Assembly (NCBI RefSeq): GCF_039654945.1
Contig: NW_027361677.1
Span: forward strand, 23,498,001-23,562,000
DNA: 64,000 nt
DNA from: Dendrobates tinctorius
Lineage: Eukaryota
Direction: 5' to 3'
Below are positions 28,101-39,357 of this stretch, in pieces. Position 1 is the stretch's first letter. Every line of letters starts with the position of its first letter. The notes under the pieces were generated by a model. It did no database searches. It was given only the letters and a program-made list of their open reading frames with translations, and was not told where the DNA came from. The position numbers and the translations under genes were made by a program.

Positions 28101-29628
28101 TGATGTTCTTTAGTGGCTGTTGGCTCAGTAGCGTCTTACCCCTCTCCTTGGTAGGTTTGTCAGCTTCTACGACACTGCCACCATCGACAGTGCCCAAAGC
28201 TACACCATCGCCTTCCTGGTATCACTATTAACCATCAAGCTCTGGCGCCTCCTCAACCTGAACCCAAATCTGCACCTGATCACGATGACGCTGCAGAAGG
28301 CGTGGAATGAAATCAGCGGCTTCCTTCTCACCATCCTCATCCTCCTGGTGGCGTACTCTATTTCGGTGAGTATTGTGCACATCGGTGGAGCTTTGTGTTC
28401 TAATTTTATATATACTTTTTTTTTTTAAATTTTATTACTTTTTCAGTGCAACTTACTTTTCGGCTGGACCATTTCCAATTACAGAACGGTGACGGACTCT
28501 GCTGTGACCATCATTAGCCTTTTAATTGGCATTTTTAATTACGATGAGGTAAGGGATGTATTCACACTCACATCTGTACAGCAAGAGTTTACGCTCCCAA
28601 AACTTTAAGGACTGTTCCAGTTGCTTGAATAACACCATACTGCATTCTTCTTTCGATCAGCGCCATAATTTCTCGCCAATACCCCATTTATGTCCTTGGC
28701 TGCCTTTATTATAAAGCTTGTGACATCTCTCCATGTGCAGGTGATCAATCTGGACCCCGTCCTGGGCTCCCTGCTCATCTTCACCTGCGTCATTTTTCTC
28801 GCATTCATAATCGTCAATATCTTCTTGTCCGCTTTATTGAACGTCTTCTCCAGTGAACGGAAGAACCCAACGGTAAGAACAAAATTGTAAAAAAAAACAA
28901 AGACAAACCCCCACCTGCAGCAAATAGGTAATCAGCCTTCACAATACAAGGTGCATACATGATTAAATAGATCTTCAACCTGATGAAGGCTGGTGTACTT
29001 ACTTAGAAAATGCACACCAGAACGCCTGTGTCATCCAGTAACGAACATGCTCACACAATGGTTATTGCAAAATTAGACAAGGGAAACTATGATAAATGAT
29101 CTAGTAGAGATGAACAATTTACTTCTAACTCCCTTTGTACTCCGTCCAGACCAGTACAACATGGCAGCGGGTCTTCGCTTCTGCATCCAGCATCCAGGGC
29201 ACCTTTGGAACCAAATACGCACCATGATATTGTGGGGCTTAATAAGCACCAGAAGAGGCGAGGATGCCAGGCACAGAAGTGAGGACACACCAGCACAAAT
29301 CAAATTGCTCATCTCTATTAAATAGTCATTGGGACAGTGACTTTCAAAGGAAGTACACGAGCCTCATCTGGTCTGAAATCTATTTAAGAATGTATCCCAG
29401 TTGGTATAGTGAAACCAAATGACAGATCCGCTTTATTATGGAACATATAATAGAATTAAACTGTATACTCACCTGTGATGTACCCCCAACCTCATCTCCA
29501 CCTCTTCCACTTTTTAGCCATATGAAGAAAAAGAAATAGTGGACATGCTCATGTTAAAGCTGTTGGGGCTTTTTGGAGTATCCAAGAAGGCAGAACAGTC
29601 ATCAGCGGGGAAAGAGAAGCAGTCATGA
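4150..29628 (+). CDS. PKD1L3: Polycystin-1-like 3 (signal peptide, C-type lectin, GAIN/GPS, TM1, PLAT, polycystin cation-channel region), ~2014 aa with exon 2 or ~1693 aa without
   Basis: Phase-consistent GT-AG exons: 4150-4447, 5732-6694, 6981-7109, 7405-7439, 9397-9573, 9945-10076, 10332-10505, 11026-11153, 13238-13367, 13705-13833, 14057-14273, 16093-16286, 16738-16968, 17101-17202, 17554-17729, 17816-17962, 19075-19265, 19497-19699, 20740-20923, 21000-21192, 21277-21496, 21634-21733, 21897-22040, 25254-25436, 25562-25847, 25929-26062, 27197-27324, 27625-27785, 28155-28365, 28447-28548, 28741-28872, 29518-29628 (sum 6045 nt). Motifs: signal peptide MWILCYLTLLLL; GPS CVYW..W...GC..THCLCNHL/TFF; PLAT YMVKVCTG..GTTSQVVLTLYG, WYFLCDSWL; polycystin LLGSPRIRQLR, YPGGGY, WLDSYTKAIFVEFNVYNAN. 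Assigned to PKD1L3 rather than PKD1L2 by adjacency to IST1 and lack of a long REJ region. Confidence 0.9.
5732..6694 (+). CDS. PKD1L3: PKD1L3 candidate exon 2: 321-aa Q/D/K/E low-complexity insert with ~18 x GKNEDQQDPYK (33-bp unit, ~5896-6489) and His-rich end
   Basis: Acceptor ttaacctattgttacaatcAG, donor G|GTAAGT, phase 1 to 1, open frame matching exons 1 and 3. Confidence 0.7.
7830..9287 (-). mobile_element. Decayed Tc1-like DNA transposon in a PKD1L3 intron
   Basis: TA|CACTGCTCA ... TGAGCAGTG|TA termini; minus-strand remnant THVAQVVQLLHDGISM resembles a Tc1 transposase N-terminal HTH; multiple stops and frameshifts. Confidence 0.75.
9638..9890. mobile_element. Palindromic MITE-like element
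   Basis: ~80-bp arms (about 9681-9760 and 9811-9888) are near-perfect reverse complements; no coding capacity. Confidence 0.7.
11690..12580. repeat. ~60-bp intronic minisatellite (TCAATCAGGCAGGGTGGGTGGAGATTCAGCAGCAGCAGGTAGGAGGAACACTGAGGAGC)
   Basis: Tandem copies, diverged at the 5' end and near-identical from ~12200 to 12560. Confidence 0.9.
14445..16040. repeat. 27-bp intronic minisatellite (CCTTGGTTGATCATATGGTATGGCCGC, ~59 units)
   Basis: Direct tandem repeat inside the 14274-16092 intron; source of the PYDQPRAAI-type ORFs. Confidence 0.97.
16775..16800 (+). other. PKD1L3: GPS autoproteolysis motif HL/T of PKD1L3 (H codon 16783-16785, T codon 16789-16791)
   Basis: Translation CLCNHLTFFAS matches the canonical GAIN/GPS cleavage consensus. 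Confidence 0.85.
18251..18840. repeat. 35-bp minisatellite (GACCCATAGACTTGAACCCGATTCTTGCAGGCATG, ~17 units), apparently inside a MITE-like element (~18100-18900)
   Basis: Direct tandem repeat in a PKD1L3 intron. Confidence 0.9.
22328..22939 (-). mobile_element. Possible solo LTR
   Basis: Begins TGTAACG and ends CCTTACA (TG...CA with 5-bp inverted ends), ~610 bp, with internal short direct repeats (ATACGTGGAAGTCCAG). No clear target-site duplication. Confidence 0.4.
23635..25164 (+). mobile_element. Full-length but frameshifted Tc1/mariner element (resembles the DD37E/TRT group)
   Basis: TIRs GTGTTCCAAATTATTATGCA at both ends with flanking TA. Transposase is split over ORFs 23862-24236, 24217-24633 and 24509-24841, with FTDECRATLDGPDGW, MHDNAPSH and SPDLHPIANLW (catalytic E lost). 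Confidence 0.9.
26215..26840 (-). mobile_element. Tc1 transposon 5' fragment
   Basis: Minus-strand remnant RPRCLCKTTVVDDSRIISIVRKNPFT...TINRRLH, a Tc1 HTH2-like region. Confidence 0.65.
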
Positions 29629-30140
29629 TCAACCTAGTCCAATTGTAAGTCAGTGCATAGTGAAAAGAAATCCTATTTATTGGCAGCATACACATATATT
29701 TCAGCCGCTGGTATATTCCTCATTTCTGCTTTATAATCACTGTGCAAAAACCCTGGAAGGCCACCACTTTATTTTTAAGAAATGCACGCTCATATAAGCC
29801 TGTAAATGTTATGTACAAAGGTTAGAAAATCAGGTAGGGAAGCAGCTCATTAATATATTAGCAGCGATCAGTCCTTTGGGTCACGCTTTATGTCATTCCT
29901 GCATAACATAGAAAATATGGCTGCACTGGAGAAATAAGTCCTCAGCTTAGACTCGCACCAGGCCAGTGGCCCCCCCCTGACTGCAACAGCCCCCGAATAT
30001 TCAGTGTAGGGGTAAATTAACACATCAAACCTGCATTGGGAGGGAACCATATTCACCCCTCAGGTAGACGAGAGGCTCTGCCTAGAAATGGACGAAGGAG
30101 GTTTTATAGCCGAGGGTCAGATCAAGATGTTAAAAACTGT

Positions 30141-32947
30141 CTAAGTTTTCTTCTTCAGCTCCTCGAATCTGCGCGACAGGTCATCAAAATCAATATCTTC
30201 TGAATTGGAAGTTGCAGCTCCGGCAGAAGCAGCGGGGAGAGTGTCTGGAACGGACGGCAATTCTGGGAGGACAAAGTTATCCGATACTTTTGTTCGGGGT
30301 TTGGCGACAGGTACGGAATTACCTGGACCTGAAGAAACAAAAGAGAAATGTGGTTCACCACTGTTCCTCATCTCTATCCCAAATATAAATAATAAAGCAT
30401 TACTTCCAACCACTAATCATGCTCGTCCTTATGTGCACTCACCATCTTGAGGAGGTGCGTTTGCCTGTGGCCCGCCATCACCAATCTGTTGGAGACAAGG
30501 AGTTATAGAGTTGGTGTAAATCGATTGGCAGGACCCGGTCTAGGGGGTGTCCATCAGACGGAAGCCCTGCATACCTCCTCTTTTAATTAGCTGGGCTGGT
30601 GCGAGATCGCACAGACAATGTCGCACCAGATCATCTAATAAGATGAGACACCGATGCCGGGGAAGAAGGAGGTGGAACGCAGGAATCTGATTTTGCCACT
30701 GAACCAAGTCCTACAAATAGATTTGCACCATTTCTAGTTCATTTAACATCTCTCACCTTCAAAGAAGAACTGCAATATAAAGAAAAACTTTTGGAATGTC
30801 ACCAAGACATCGTGAAAGTTAATATTACTGCAGGTCCAGGTGCACTATACTCCACCAATTGGAAAAAACAACAGACTGCAACCTCAGAGCTCAGACTGTA
30901 ACCTCACTGTGCCTCCGCTATAATACAGAGCCACACGGAGAGAAAACATCGGACGCAAGCGCCGCTGGCACCGTCCCTACGGTGTAGCATCATGTGCACC
31001 CTCAGCTACTTACAGACTCATATGTTGGAGGCATAGATGGGATTGGTGGGGGCCCCATGCCCATTGCTGGAGGATTTAGATTACCAAAAGGTTGATAGAT
31101 TCCCATAGGCGGTCCATTGAATGTCTCCTGCTGTGAAAAGGGAAAAAAAAAGTGTTATTACAAGGCAAACTGCATAAATTACTAAATAGATCTGTGTTGA
31201 TGAGGCTGGTGTACTTACTTTTAAACTTTGGCAGAATAGTTATATAAAATTGAGGATTTTAGTTTTTATGATTTATACAGTCATTCCGATATGGATATTC
31301 AAAGTAAGTACACCCATCTCATCAGTTATAGCTCACATACCGGTCCACCAGGTGCGGGGTAACTGAATGGAATAGTAGGAGTTGGCATCTGCATAGCTGG
31401 CACAGTCGGCAATGGTACACCAAATCCTCCACCCCCACCGCCGCTGCCGCCTCCTTTTTTCATGTCGTCTGAAAATTCCACATCTATAAGATCTGCCTCG
31501 ATGCCAGTGGGAACCTCAGCCTTAAAATGCAGGGGGTAATTGGAAATTAGAAGAGGTGTAGGGTCACTAGCGGACAAGGCTACCATTACTGAAATGATAG
31601 TCCTTCACCTACCATGACCACAGAATCCGGTTCATAGGGTACATTGTAGTTCTTGGCGATCTCGATGAGGTACCTCTCGACCAGAATTTTTGGAGGAGCC
31701 TCCACACTCAGCTTGTGCATCAGCTACAAGAAAGAAGAAGTCACAACTAGATAATATCTTCTCAAATGCAAGGTCACCCAGTGACACCAGCACTTACCCG
31801 ATCATTGACAGTGCCAATCTGGTTTGTCCTGCACAGCTTGCCGTATTCTTTACTATACTTGGCGCACAGTTGATCCGCGACCTGCGGGAAGAAACAGCGA
31901 CGCCCGTCAGACCAGGGCAGCGTCATAGTCCGTAAAATAATTTTGAACACGTGTATGACACCGATAACTCACTATTTTCAGCTCAGACACTTCAGTCTGT
32001 AGACGTGGAGCCGCCCAAATTAACGTGGAGACGGCTTCAGCCAAACCCGGATCCAGCTCCCTGGAAGAATACAAATGTGTACAGAGATAAATAGAGGATA
32101 CCCTAATGGGGTATGCTTTAAAGGTCCAAATAAATCAGTGCAATACTAAGGAAATCCTGAAAACATGACGCATTGGGGGACTGAAGTTTAGGGAACACTG
32201 CAATAAGTGGTGCCTGACAACTAGGACTGCTGCCATCCTGACAACTTGAGGGCTCCTCCACTCTCAGTAGAGAACGTATGGATGGCCATAGCAATGTACA
32301 GACATGCGAGGCCTCATGGGGTCCTAGGAATAGGACGCTCACCAAACTACTATTAAGGAGGTTTTCTTACATCGTTGACTTATCCTTAGCAATGATCATC
32401 AAAATGAGATGGGTGGGGGTCTGATGCCCACCACAATCAGCTGCAAACAGTGAATGGAGCTGAACAGTGTGCAGCCACCGCTGGAGCTGAAAACAGCTGA
32501 TCTGAGGGGGGCGGACCCCCACCGATCCGATTTTGGTGCATCATAGGATTATCAGTTGAAAAAATCCCTTTAATCTCTTACTTCATGGATTGAATTAACC
32601 CGAATCTGGCCAGGAGCAGATCACAGTACAGCTCTAAAATCTCCATGGCTTCCACCAGGTAATCTTCTCGGATAATGTGCTCCACCCGGATCCTTGCTCG
32701 CTCATCCTTCCCTGATGATAAATAGTCCGCGATCTCTTTCCGGGCCTTTTGTGCCAATTCGGCTGCAAGGAGAAAGCAAAAGAAGAAAAACTTACAAGAC
32801 GGAACCTATGTGCGTATCTAGTCTGGTGCAAACCCCTTTAATTGCTGGGTGTTACTCACTTTTCTTTTTCTCCAGGAGTTTTAGTCGGTTTATGACAAGC
32901 CTCAAATTCACTCGAAGCCGCTCGGCCTTGAACCCGGAGCCCAACAT
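30141..32947 (-). CDS. IST1: IST1, ESCRT-III-associated factor, 359 aa
   Basis: Coding exons (minus): 32947-32860, 32762-32582, 32060-31973, 31881-31798, 31723-31613, 31520-31341, 31130-31014, 30485-30443, 30328-30141 (1080 nt). Starts MLGSGFKAERLRVNLRLVINRLKLLEKKK; ends FVLPELPSVPDTLP...DIDFDDLSRRFEELKKKT (MIM2/MIM1). Confidence 0.97.
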
Positions 32948-33239
32948 TGTGCTTCACTCCTGCAATTAAAGAGATTTTCATTGAGATAATGCAAAAAAAA
33001 AAGGGGGAACCTATTGGTAAAAGGCACAGACTAAAGTATGGTGCTGAAATATGGTGTCTAGAAACTTCCCTTTTTCTGTGCAAAGTCGCAAGAAATCTAG
33101 TGTAGAAGTCACATGCAAATAAGGATGGAATTGCACTGGGGGTGTGGACAGCTTCTTCCCCTCCCTCAGTGAACTTCCATATAACTTGCAGATTCTGTAA
33201 GTAAAATAAATATGCTTTAATAGAAAAAAAAAAATGGGC

Positions 33240-34682
33240 TGAGGCAAAAGTTTATGCACCCTGCATGATTGATACCTAGTAGCACTCCCTTTTGAAAGTA
33301 TCACAGCTTGTAAATGCTTTTTGTATCTAGACAAGAATTTGTTGAAATTTAATTGAATCCATTCTTCTCTCTACCCGTGGAATGTTTCCCGCGCAACACA
33401 ACCCCAAGCATGATTGATCCTCCCACATGCTTAATGGTTGGTGAGATGTTCTTTTCCTGAAATTCTGTGCCCTTTTTTCTCCACGCATACTGTTGATCAT
33501 TGTGGCCAAATAGTTCTATTATAACCCATCGTTCCACAGGATTTGTTTACAAAATGCATCCGGCTTGTTTAGATGTTCTTTTACATACTCCTGACACTGA
33601 TTTTTATGGTGAGGGTGCAGGAGAGGTTTTCTTCTGATGACTCTTCCATGAAGGTCTTATTTGTGCAGGTGTCTCTGAACAGTAGAACAATGCACCACAA
33701 CGCCAGAGTCTGCTAAGGCTAAGTGCACACGTAGCAGAAAATTTCTGCTGGAAAACCTGACTCCCAGAAACCGCGCTTTTTGTTCTGTGCGTTTTCATGC
33801 GTTTTTTTACGCGCGTTTTCTAAACGCATAGAAATAATCAGAAACGCAGAAAAATCCGTGAAATTAGTGAGCATGCTGCGGTTTTTACCGTGATGCGTTT
33901 TTTTCGCGGTAAAAAAACGCATCAATGTGCACAAAAAGTGGAAAATGTATAGAAATTAATGGGAAGCTTATTTTTCGCGGATTTATTGGAAAATTCACTG
34001 TAAAAACCGCAAAAAAAACGTTACGTGTGAACACAGCCTTAATCTTTCTGAAGATCTTTTGCAGTCAAGCAGGGATTCAGATTTGCTTCTCTAGCAATCC
34101 TACGGGCCGCCATCAGTGAATTTTTTCTTGGTCTTCTAGACCTTATCTTGACCTCCGCTGTTCCTGATAACTGCCATTTCTTAATTACATTTCGAATTGA
34201 GGAAAGGGCAACTTGAAAACGCTTTGCTATCTTCTCCTGCTTTGTGGGCCTCCACCATTTTCAGAGTGCTAGGCAGCTGCTTAGAAGACCCCCATGGCTG
34301 CTGTTTTTGGAACAAGGTTTGAGGAGGCTGGGTTTTTATTAAGCTGTGACATTTGCATCACTTGGCCTTTCTTAATGATGATAGTGAACAAGCCATAACC
34401 CTAACAGGCTAATTAAGGTCTGAAACCTAGGTCTAAGTTATCTGAGCACGCAAATCTCCAAGGGTGCCCAAACTTTTGCATCAGCACATTTTCGATTTTG
34501 TATATTTTAAAATGTAAAAGTTGAAAATACACAAACACGTATTTTGTTCTGCCTAAAACACAAAGGAAATGTGTCATCTTTAACTGTAGACCTTTAAGAG
34601 ATCATTTCATCTTCAACTTGCTTGACTGTTCAAACTAATAGTAATTTTGACCAGGGGGTCCCCAAACTTTTACATGCCGTTG
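33240..34682 (-). mobile_element. Decayed Tc1 element in IST1 intron 1
   Basis: Remnants SPTIKHVGGSIML and YKKHLQAVILSKGSATRY; terminal repeat motif CCCAAACTTTT(G/A)CAT at ~34468 and ~34661 followed by TA. Confidence 0.8.
33717..34039. mobile_element. MITE (Harbinger-like) nested in the decayed Tc1
   Basis: TAA|GGCTAAGTGCACACGT ... ACGTGTGAACACAGCCT|TAA inverted ends with a TAA duplication interrupting Tc1 sequence. Confidence 0.7.
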
Positions 34683-35216
34683 TAGCTCTACAGCCATCAC
34701 CTCTTCCTCAGGTGACAGGTTTAAGTCCCATGGAGGATGAGTCAGTCTATCTGGGGAATGTAATTACAACACATCGTGACTTTTATAACTTCCTCCTCCG
34801 CCCGCTCTGTACTATTATATGTGCCTGATGTCATTGCAACACGTTGGGAAAACACGGAAACTAAAGCAACGTTCCCCCCCCCACCACTGTCTACAGGTCT
34901 ATGGATTACAACTTTTCTATTTTTTTCCCAAAATTTAATGCAGCTTTTTTTTTTTTTTTTTTTTACAAAAAGTCTTAAATATAATTGTACCATTTTTTGC
35001 CTACAATTCCTATGCAGACCTATGCGTCTCCATGGTTACGGAACAGACAATGCTGTTGGTAATCTGCACCTTGTATACAGCATGACGGCACATTCCTCAT
35101 GTGAGATACGGACATGTGACCTGACCTGAGGGTGGTGAAGTAATGCAGCACATGACTTCAAATGGAGGGCGGCACAGTGCACTGTAGCACAGGGTACAGC
35201 AGCGCCCTCCAACAGT

Positions 35217-35716
35217 TGCAAAACTACAACCCCCTAGCATGCAATGACAGCTCCAACCAAGCATAATGCAAAACAACAACCCCCAGCATGCAATGACAGC
35301 GCCACCCCGGGCGTAATGCAAAACTACAACCCCCAGCATGCAATGACAGCGCCACCCCGGGCATAATGCAAAACTACAACCCCCTAGCATGCAATGACAG
35401 CTCCAACCAAGCATAATGCAAAACAACAACCCCCAGCATGCAATGACAGCGCCACCCCGGGCGTAATGCAAAACTACAACCCCCAGCATGCAATGACAGC
35501 GCCACCCCGGGCATAATGCAAAACTACGACCCCCAGCATGCAATGACAGCTCCAACCAAGCATAATGCAAAACAACAACCCCCAGCATGCAATGACAGTG
35601 CCACCCTGGGCGTAATGCAAAACTACAACCCCCAACATGCAATGACAGCGCCACCTGAGCAGAATGCAAAACTACGACCCCCAGCATGCAATAACAGCTC
35701 CACCTGAGCATAATGC
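35217..35716. repeat. 50-bp minisatellite (AAACTACAACCCCCAGCATGCAATGACAGCGCCACCCCGGGC..., ~10 units, 150-bp A-B-B higher-order unit); inverted partial copies at ~36095-36170
   Basis: Direct tandem repeat visible in sequence. Confidence 0.9.
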
Positions 35717-36771
35717 ATTAATAAGGGGATAATTGGCTGATAAATCCTGATGCTGGGACCCCTTTAAAAGATGGAAATATACCTTAAAATTGAATAAATT
35801 GGAATTGTCTATCCTCAGATTTTGGGATTAAAGGGGATTTTCTGTCACTTTTGGATCATTAGGGTCTGATCTCTGCCAATTCGGAGTATGAAAGAAGCAG
35901 CACGGCTGATTTAGTCCTGCACCCCACGCAAGGGTGACATACAGACCCCTGGCTGGGAGCACCACAGTGAACAAAACACTTTGATGCAGCCTTTCTACTC
36001 TCTGGATTGCGGGGGTCCCAAGGTTGGTAGAGGGGACATTGATTAAATCCCTTTTAATTCAGAGCAGTAATGTGTAGGGTTTTGGGGGTTTTTTGGCGCT
36101 GTCATTGCATGCTGGGAGTTGTAGTTTTGTATTACGCTCAGGGGGCGCTGTCATTGCACGCTGGGAGTTAGTATAGGGACATGTTGCTCTCTACTGGAAT
36201 ACTGAGAGGCTGCAGTGTCATGTGACTGTGGGAAATCCTAACGCTGAAACCACAGGAGCGGTGGCGGTCGGAGAGGTTAGTACATGGCATTATTAATTTA
36301 TGGGTGAAACTTAGGTAATTTAGAAGGGGTTTGTCCAGCAGCGGACATCCCCTATAAATATGGCTATACTTTTATATTCAGGGGTTGAATGGGAATGTCC
36401 CCAGGTGACTCATGCTGCTCTCTTCGCCCTCGGCCTGTCCGCACTCCTATGTATCCCTATGAAGCCGAGCAGGTGGCTGGGAAGTAATAATGTAACGCAA
36501 GTACAAACAATGAATCACAAAAGACACAAGAAAATCTACCTTAAAAAAAAAAAAAAAGTAATTTTGGTATTGCTGCAATTATCCCGCTCCGCAGAACTGC
36601 GATCGCACACCGAACGTCATAAAAGGAAAACTTTTGGATTTTTCCTCCATTTTTTTTCAGGAGATTTAACGGTAAAATTAACCAACGGCCATGAAAGGGG
36701 GCGGGTAGGGGACACGGCAGCAGGAAGGGGTTAATGGGGTCCTGTGGACAGCCTATGGGGCAGAGGATGGC

Positions 36772-39195
36772 CCGGGGTCAGGCACGCGCGGGGCTCTCGC
36801 TCTCTTTCAAACCGGGGGTCAGGCGCGCGCGCGGCTCTCTCTCTCATACCGGGGGGTCAGGCAGGCGCGCGCGCGGCTCTCTCTCTCTCATACCGAGGGT
36901 CAGGCAGGCGCGCGCGCGCGGCTCTCTCATACTGAGGGTCAGGCGCGCGGGGCTCTCTCTCTCATACCGGGGGTCAGGCGCGCGCGCGTCTCTCTCTCAT
37001 ACCGGGGGTCAGGCGCGCGCGGCTCTCTCTCTCTCATACCGGGGGTCAGGCGCACGCGCACGCGGCTCTCTCTCATACCGGGGTCAGGCGCGTGCGCGCG
37101 GCTCTCTCTCATACCGGGGGTCAGGCGCGCGTCTCTCTCTCTCGCACCGGGGGTCAGGCGCGCGCGGGGCTCTCTCTCTCGCACCGGGGGTCAGGCGCGC
37201 GCGGGGCTCTCTCTCTCGCACCGGGGGTCAGGCGCGCGCGGGGCTCTCTCTCTCGCACCGGGGGTCAGGCGCGCGCGGGGCTCTCTCTCTCTCGCACCGG
37301 GGGTCAGGCGCGCGCGGGGCTCTCTCTCTCGCACCGGGGGTCAGGCGCGCGCGGGGCCCTCTCTCTCTTGCACCGGGGGTCAGGCGCGCGCGCGGGGCCC
37401 TCTCTCTCGCATCGGGGGTCGGGCGCGCGCGCGGGGCCCTCTCTCTCTCGCACCGGGGGTCAGGCGCGCGCGCGGCTCTCTCTCTCATACCGGGGGTCAG
37501 GCAGGCGCGGCTCTCTCTCATACCGGGGGGTCAGGCAGGCGCGGCTCTCTCTCATACCGGGGGGTCAGGCAGGCGCGCGCGCGGCTCTCTCTCATACCGA
37601 GGGTCAGGCGCGCGCGGCTCTCTCTCTCATACCGGGGGTCAGGCGCGCGCGGCTCTCTCTCTCATACCGGGGGTCAGGCGCGCGCGGCTCTCTCTCTCAT
37701 ACCGGGGGTCAGGCGCGCGCGGCTCTCTCTCTCATACCGGGGGTCAGGCGCGCGCGCACGCGGCTCTCTCTCATACCGGGGGTCAGGCGCGCGCGCACGC
37801 GGCTCTCTCTCATACCGGGGGTCAGGCGCGCGCGCACGCGGCTCTCTCTCATACCGGGGGTCAGGCGCGCGCGCGGGGCTCTCTCTCTCGCACCGGGGGT
37901 CAGGCGCGCGCGGGGCCCTCTCTCTCTCGCACCGGGGGTCAGGCGCGCGCGCGGGGCCCTCTCTCTCGCATCGGGGGTCGGGCGCGCGCGCGGGGCCCTC
38001 TCTCTCTCGCACCGGGGGTCAGGCGCGCGCGCGGCTCTCTCTCTCATACCGGGGGTCAGGCAGGCGCGGCTCTCTCTCATACCGGGGGGTCAGGCAGGCG
38101 CGGCTCTCTCTCATACCGGGGGGTCAGGCAGGCGCGCGCGCGGCTCTCTCTCATACCGAGGGTCAGGCGCGCGCGGCTCTCTCTCTCATACCGGGGGTCA
38201 GGCGCGCGCGGCTCTCTCTCTCATACCGGGGGTCAGGCGCGCGCGGCTCTCTCTCTCATACCGGGGGTCAGGCGCGCGCGGCTCTCTCTCTCATACCGGG
38301 GGTCAGGCGCGCGCGGCTCTCTCTCTCATACCGGGGGTCAGGCGCGCGCGCACGCGGCTCTCTCTCATACCGGGGGTCAGGCGCGCGCGCACGCGGCTCT
38401 CTCTCATACCGGGGGTCAGGCGCGCGTCTCTCTCGCCCCGGGGGTCAGGTGCGCGCGGGGCCCTCTATCTTGCGCCGGGGTCAGGTGCGCGAGGGGCCCT
38501 CTATCTCTCGCACCGGGGTCAGGTGCGCGCGGGGCCCTCTCTCTCTCTCGCACCGGGGTCAGGTGCGCGCGGGGCCCTCTCTCTCTCTCGCACCGGGGTC
38601 AGGCGCGCGCGGGGCCCTCTCTCTCTCTCGCACCGGGGTCAGGCGCGCGCGGGGCCCTCTCTCTCTCTCGCACCGGGGTCAGGCGCGCGCGGGGCCCTCT
38701 CTCTCGCACCGGGGTCAGGCGCGCGCGCGCGGGGCCCTCTATCTTGCACCGGGGTCAGGCGCGCGCGGGGCCCTCTATCTTGCACCGGGGTCAGGTGCGC
38801 GCGGGGCCCCCTCTCACTCTCGCACCGAGGTCAGGCGCGCGCGGGGCCCCCTCTCACTCTCGCACCGGGGTCAGGCGCGCGCGGGGCCCTCTCTCTCTCG
38901 CACCGGGGTCAGGCGCGCGCGGGGCCCTCTCTCTCTCGCACCGGGGTCAGGCGCGCGCGGGGCCCTCTCTCTCTCGCACCGGGGTCAGGCGCGCGCGGGG
39001 CCCTCTCTCTCTCGCACCGGGGTCAGGCGCGCGCGGGGCCCTCTCTCGCACCGGGGTCAGGCGTGCGAGGGGCTCTCTCTCTCGCACCGGGGTCAGGCGC
39101 GCGCGGGGCCCTCTCTCTCTCGCACCGGGGTCAGGCGCGCGCGGGGCTCTTTCACTTGGGGTCAAGCGCAGGGCTCTCGCCCGGGGTCAGGTGCA
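36772..39195. repeat. CpG-dense ~33-39 bp minisatellite (CCGGGGGTCAG-(GC)n-GG-(CT)n-CATA/CGCA) at the start of IST1 intron 1
   Basis: Tandem repeat with variable dinucleotide tracts; source of the RARGSLS ORFs. Confidence 0.97.
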
Positions 39196-39357
39196 GGATT
39201 TGCAGCCTCTCACTCACTGACAGCAGGCAGAGCTATAGAGAGCGATGAGGGAAGGAGACAAAGGCAGTTACATCAGTGAAGACCCGCCCTCCATACACGG
39301 ACTATGGGGCGGCACTGTGTATGAGGGGAGACACAGGACGCGCACACCGGCCACCGT

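Noticed and set aside
28978-29030. CTGATGA plus hairpin as a third hammerhead
   Set aside because: No GAAA after the stem and no stem I/III; the same string recurs at ~31199 as a repeat fragment.
36734-39279. 828-aa and 718-aa Arg/Gly/Ala ORFs
   Set aside because: GC-rich minisatellite with no stop codons by composition.
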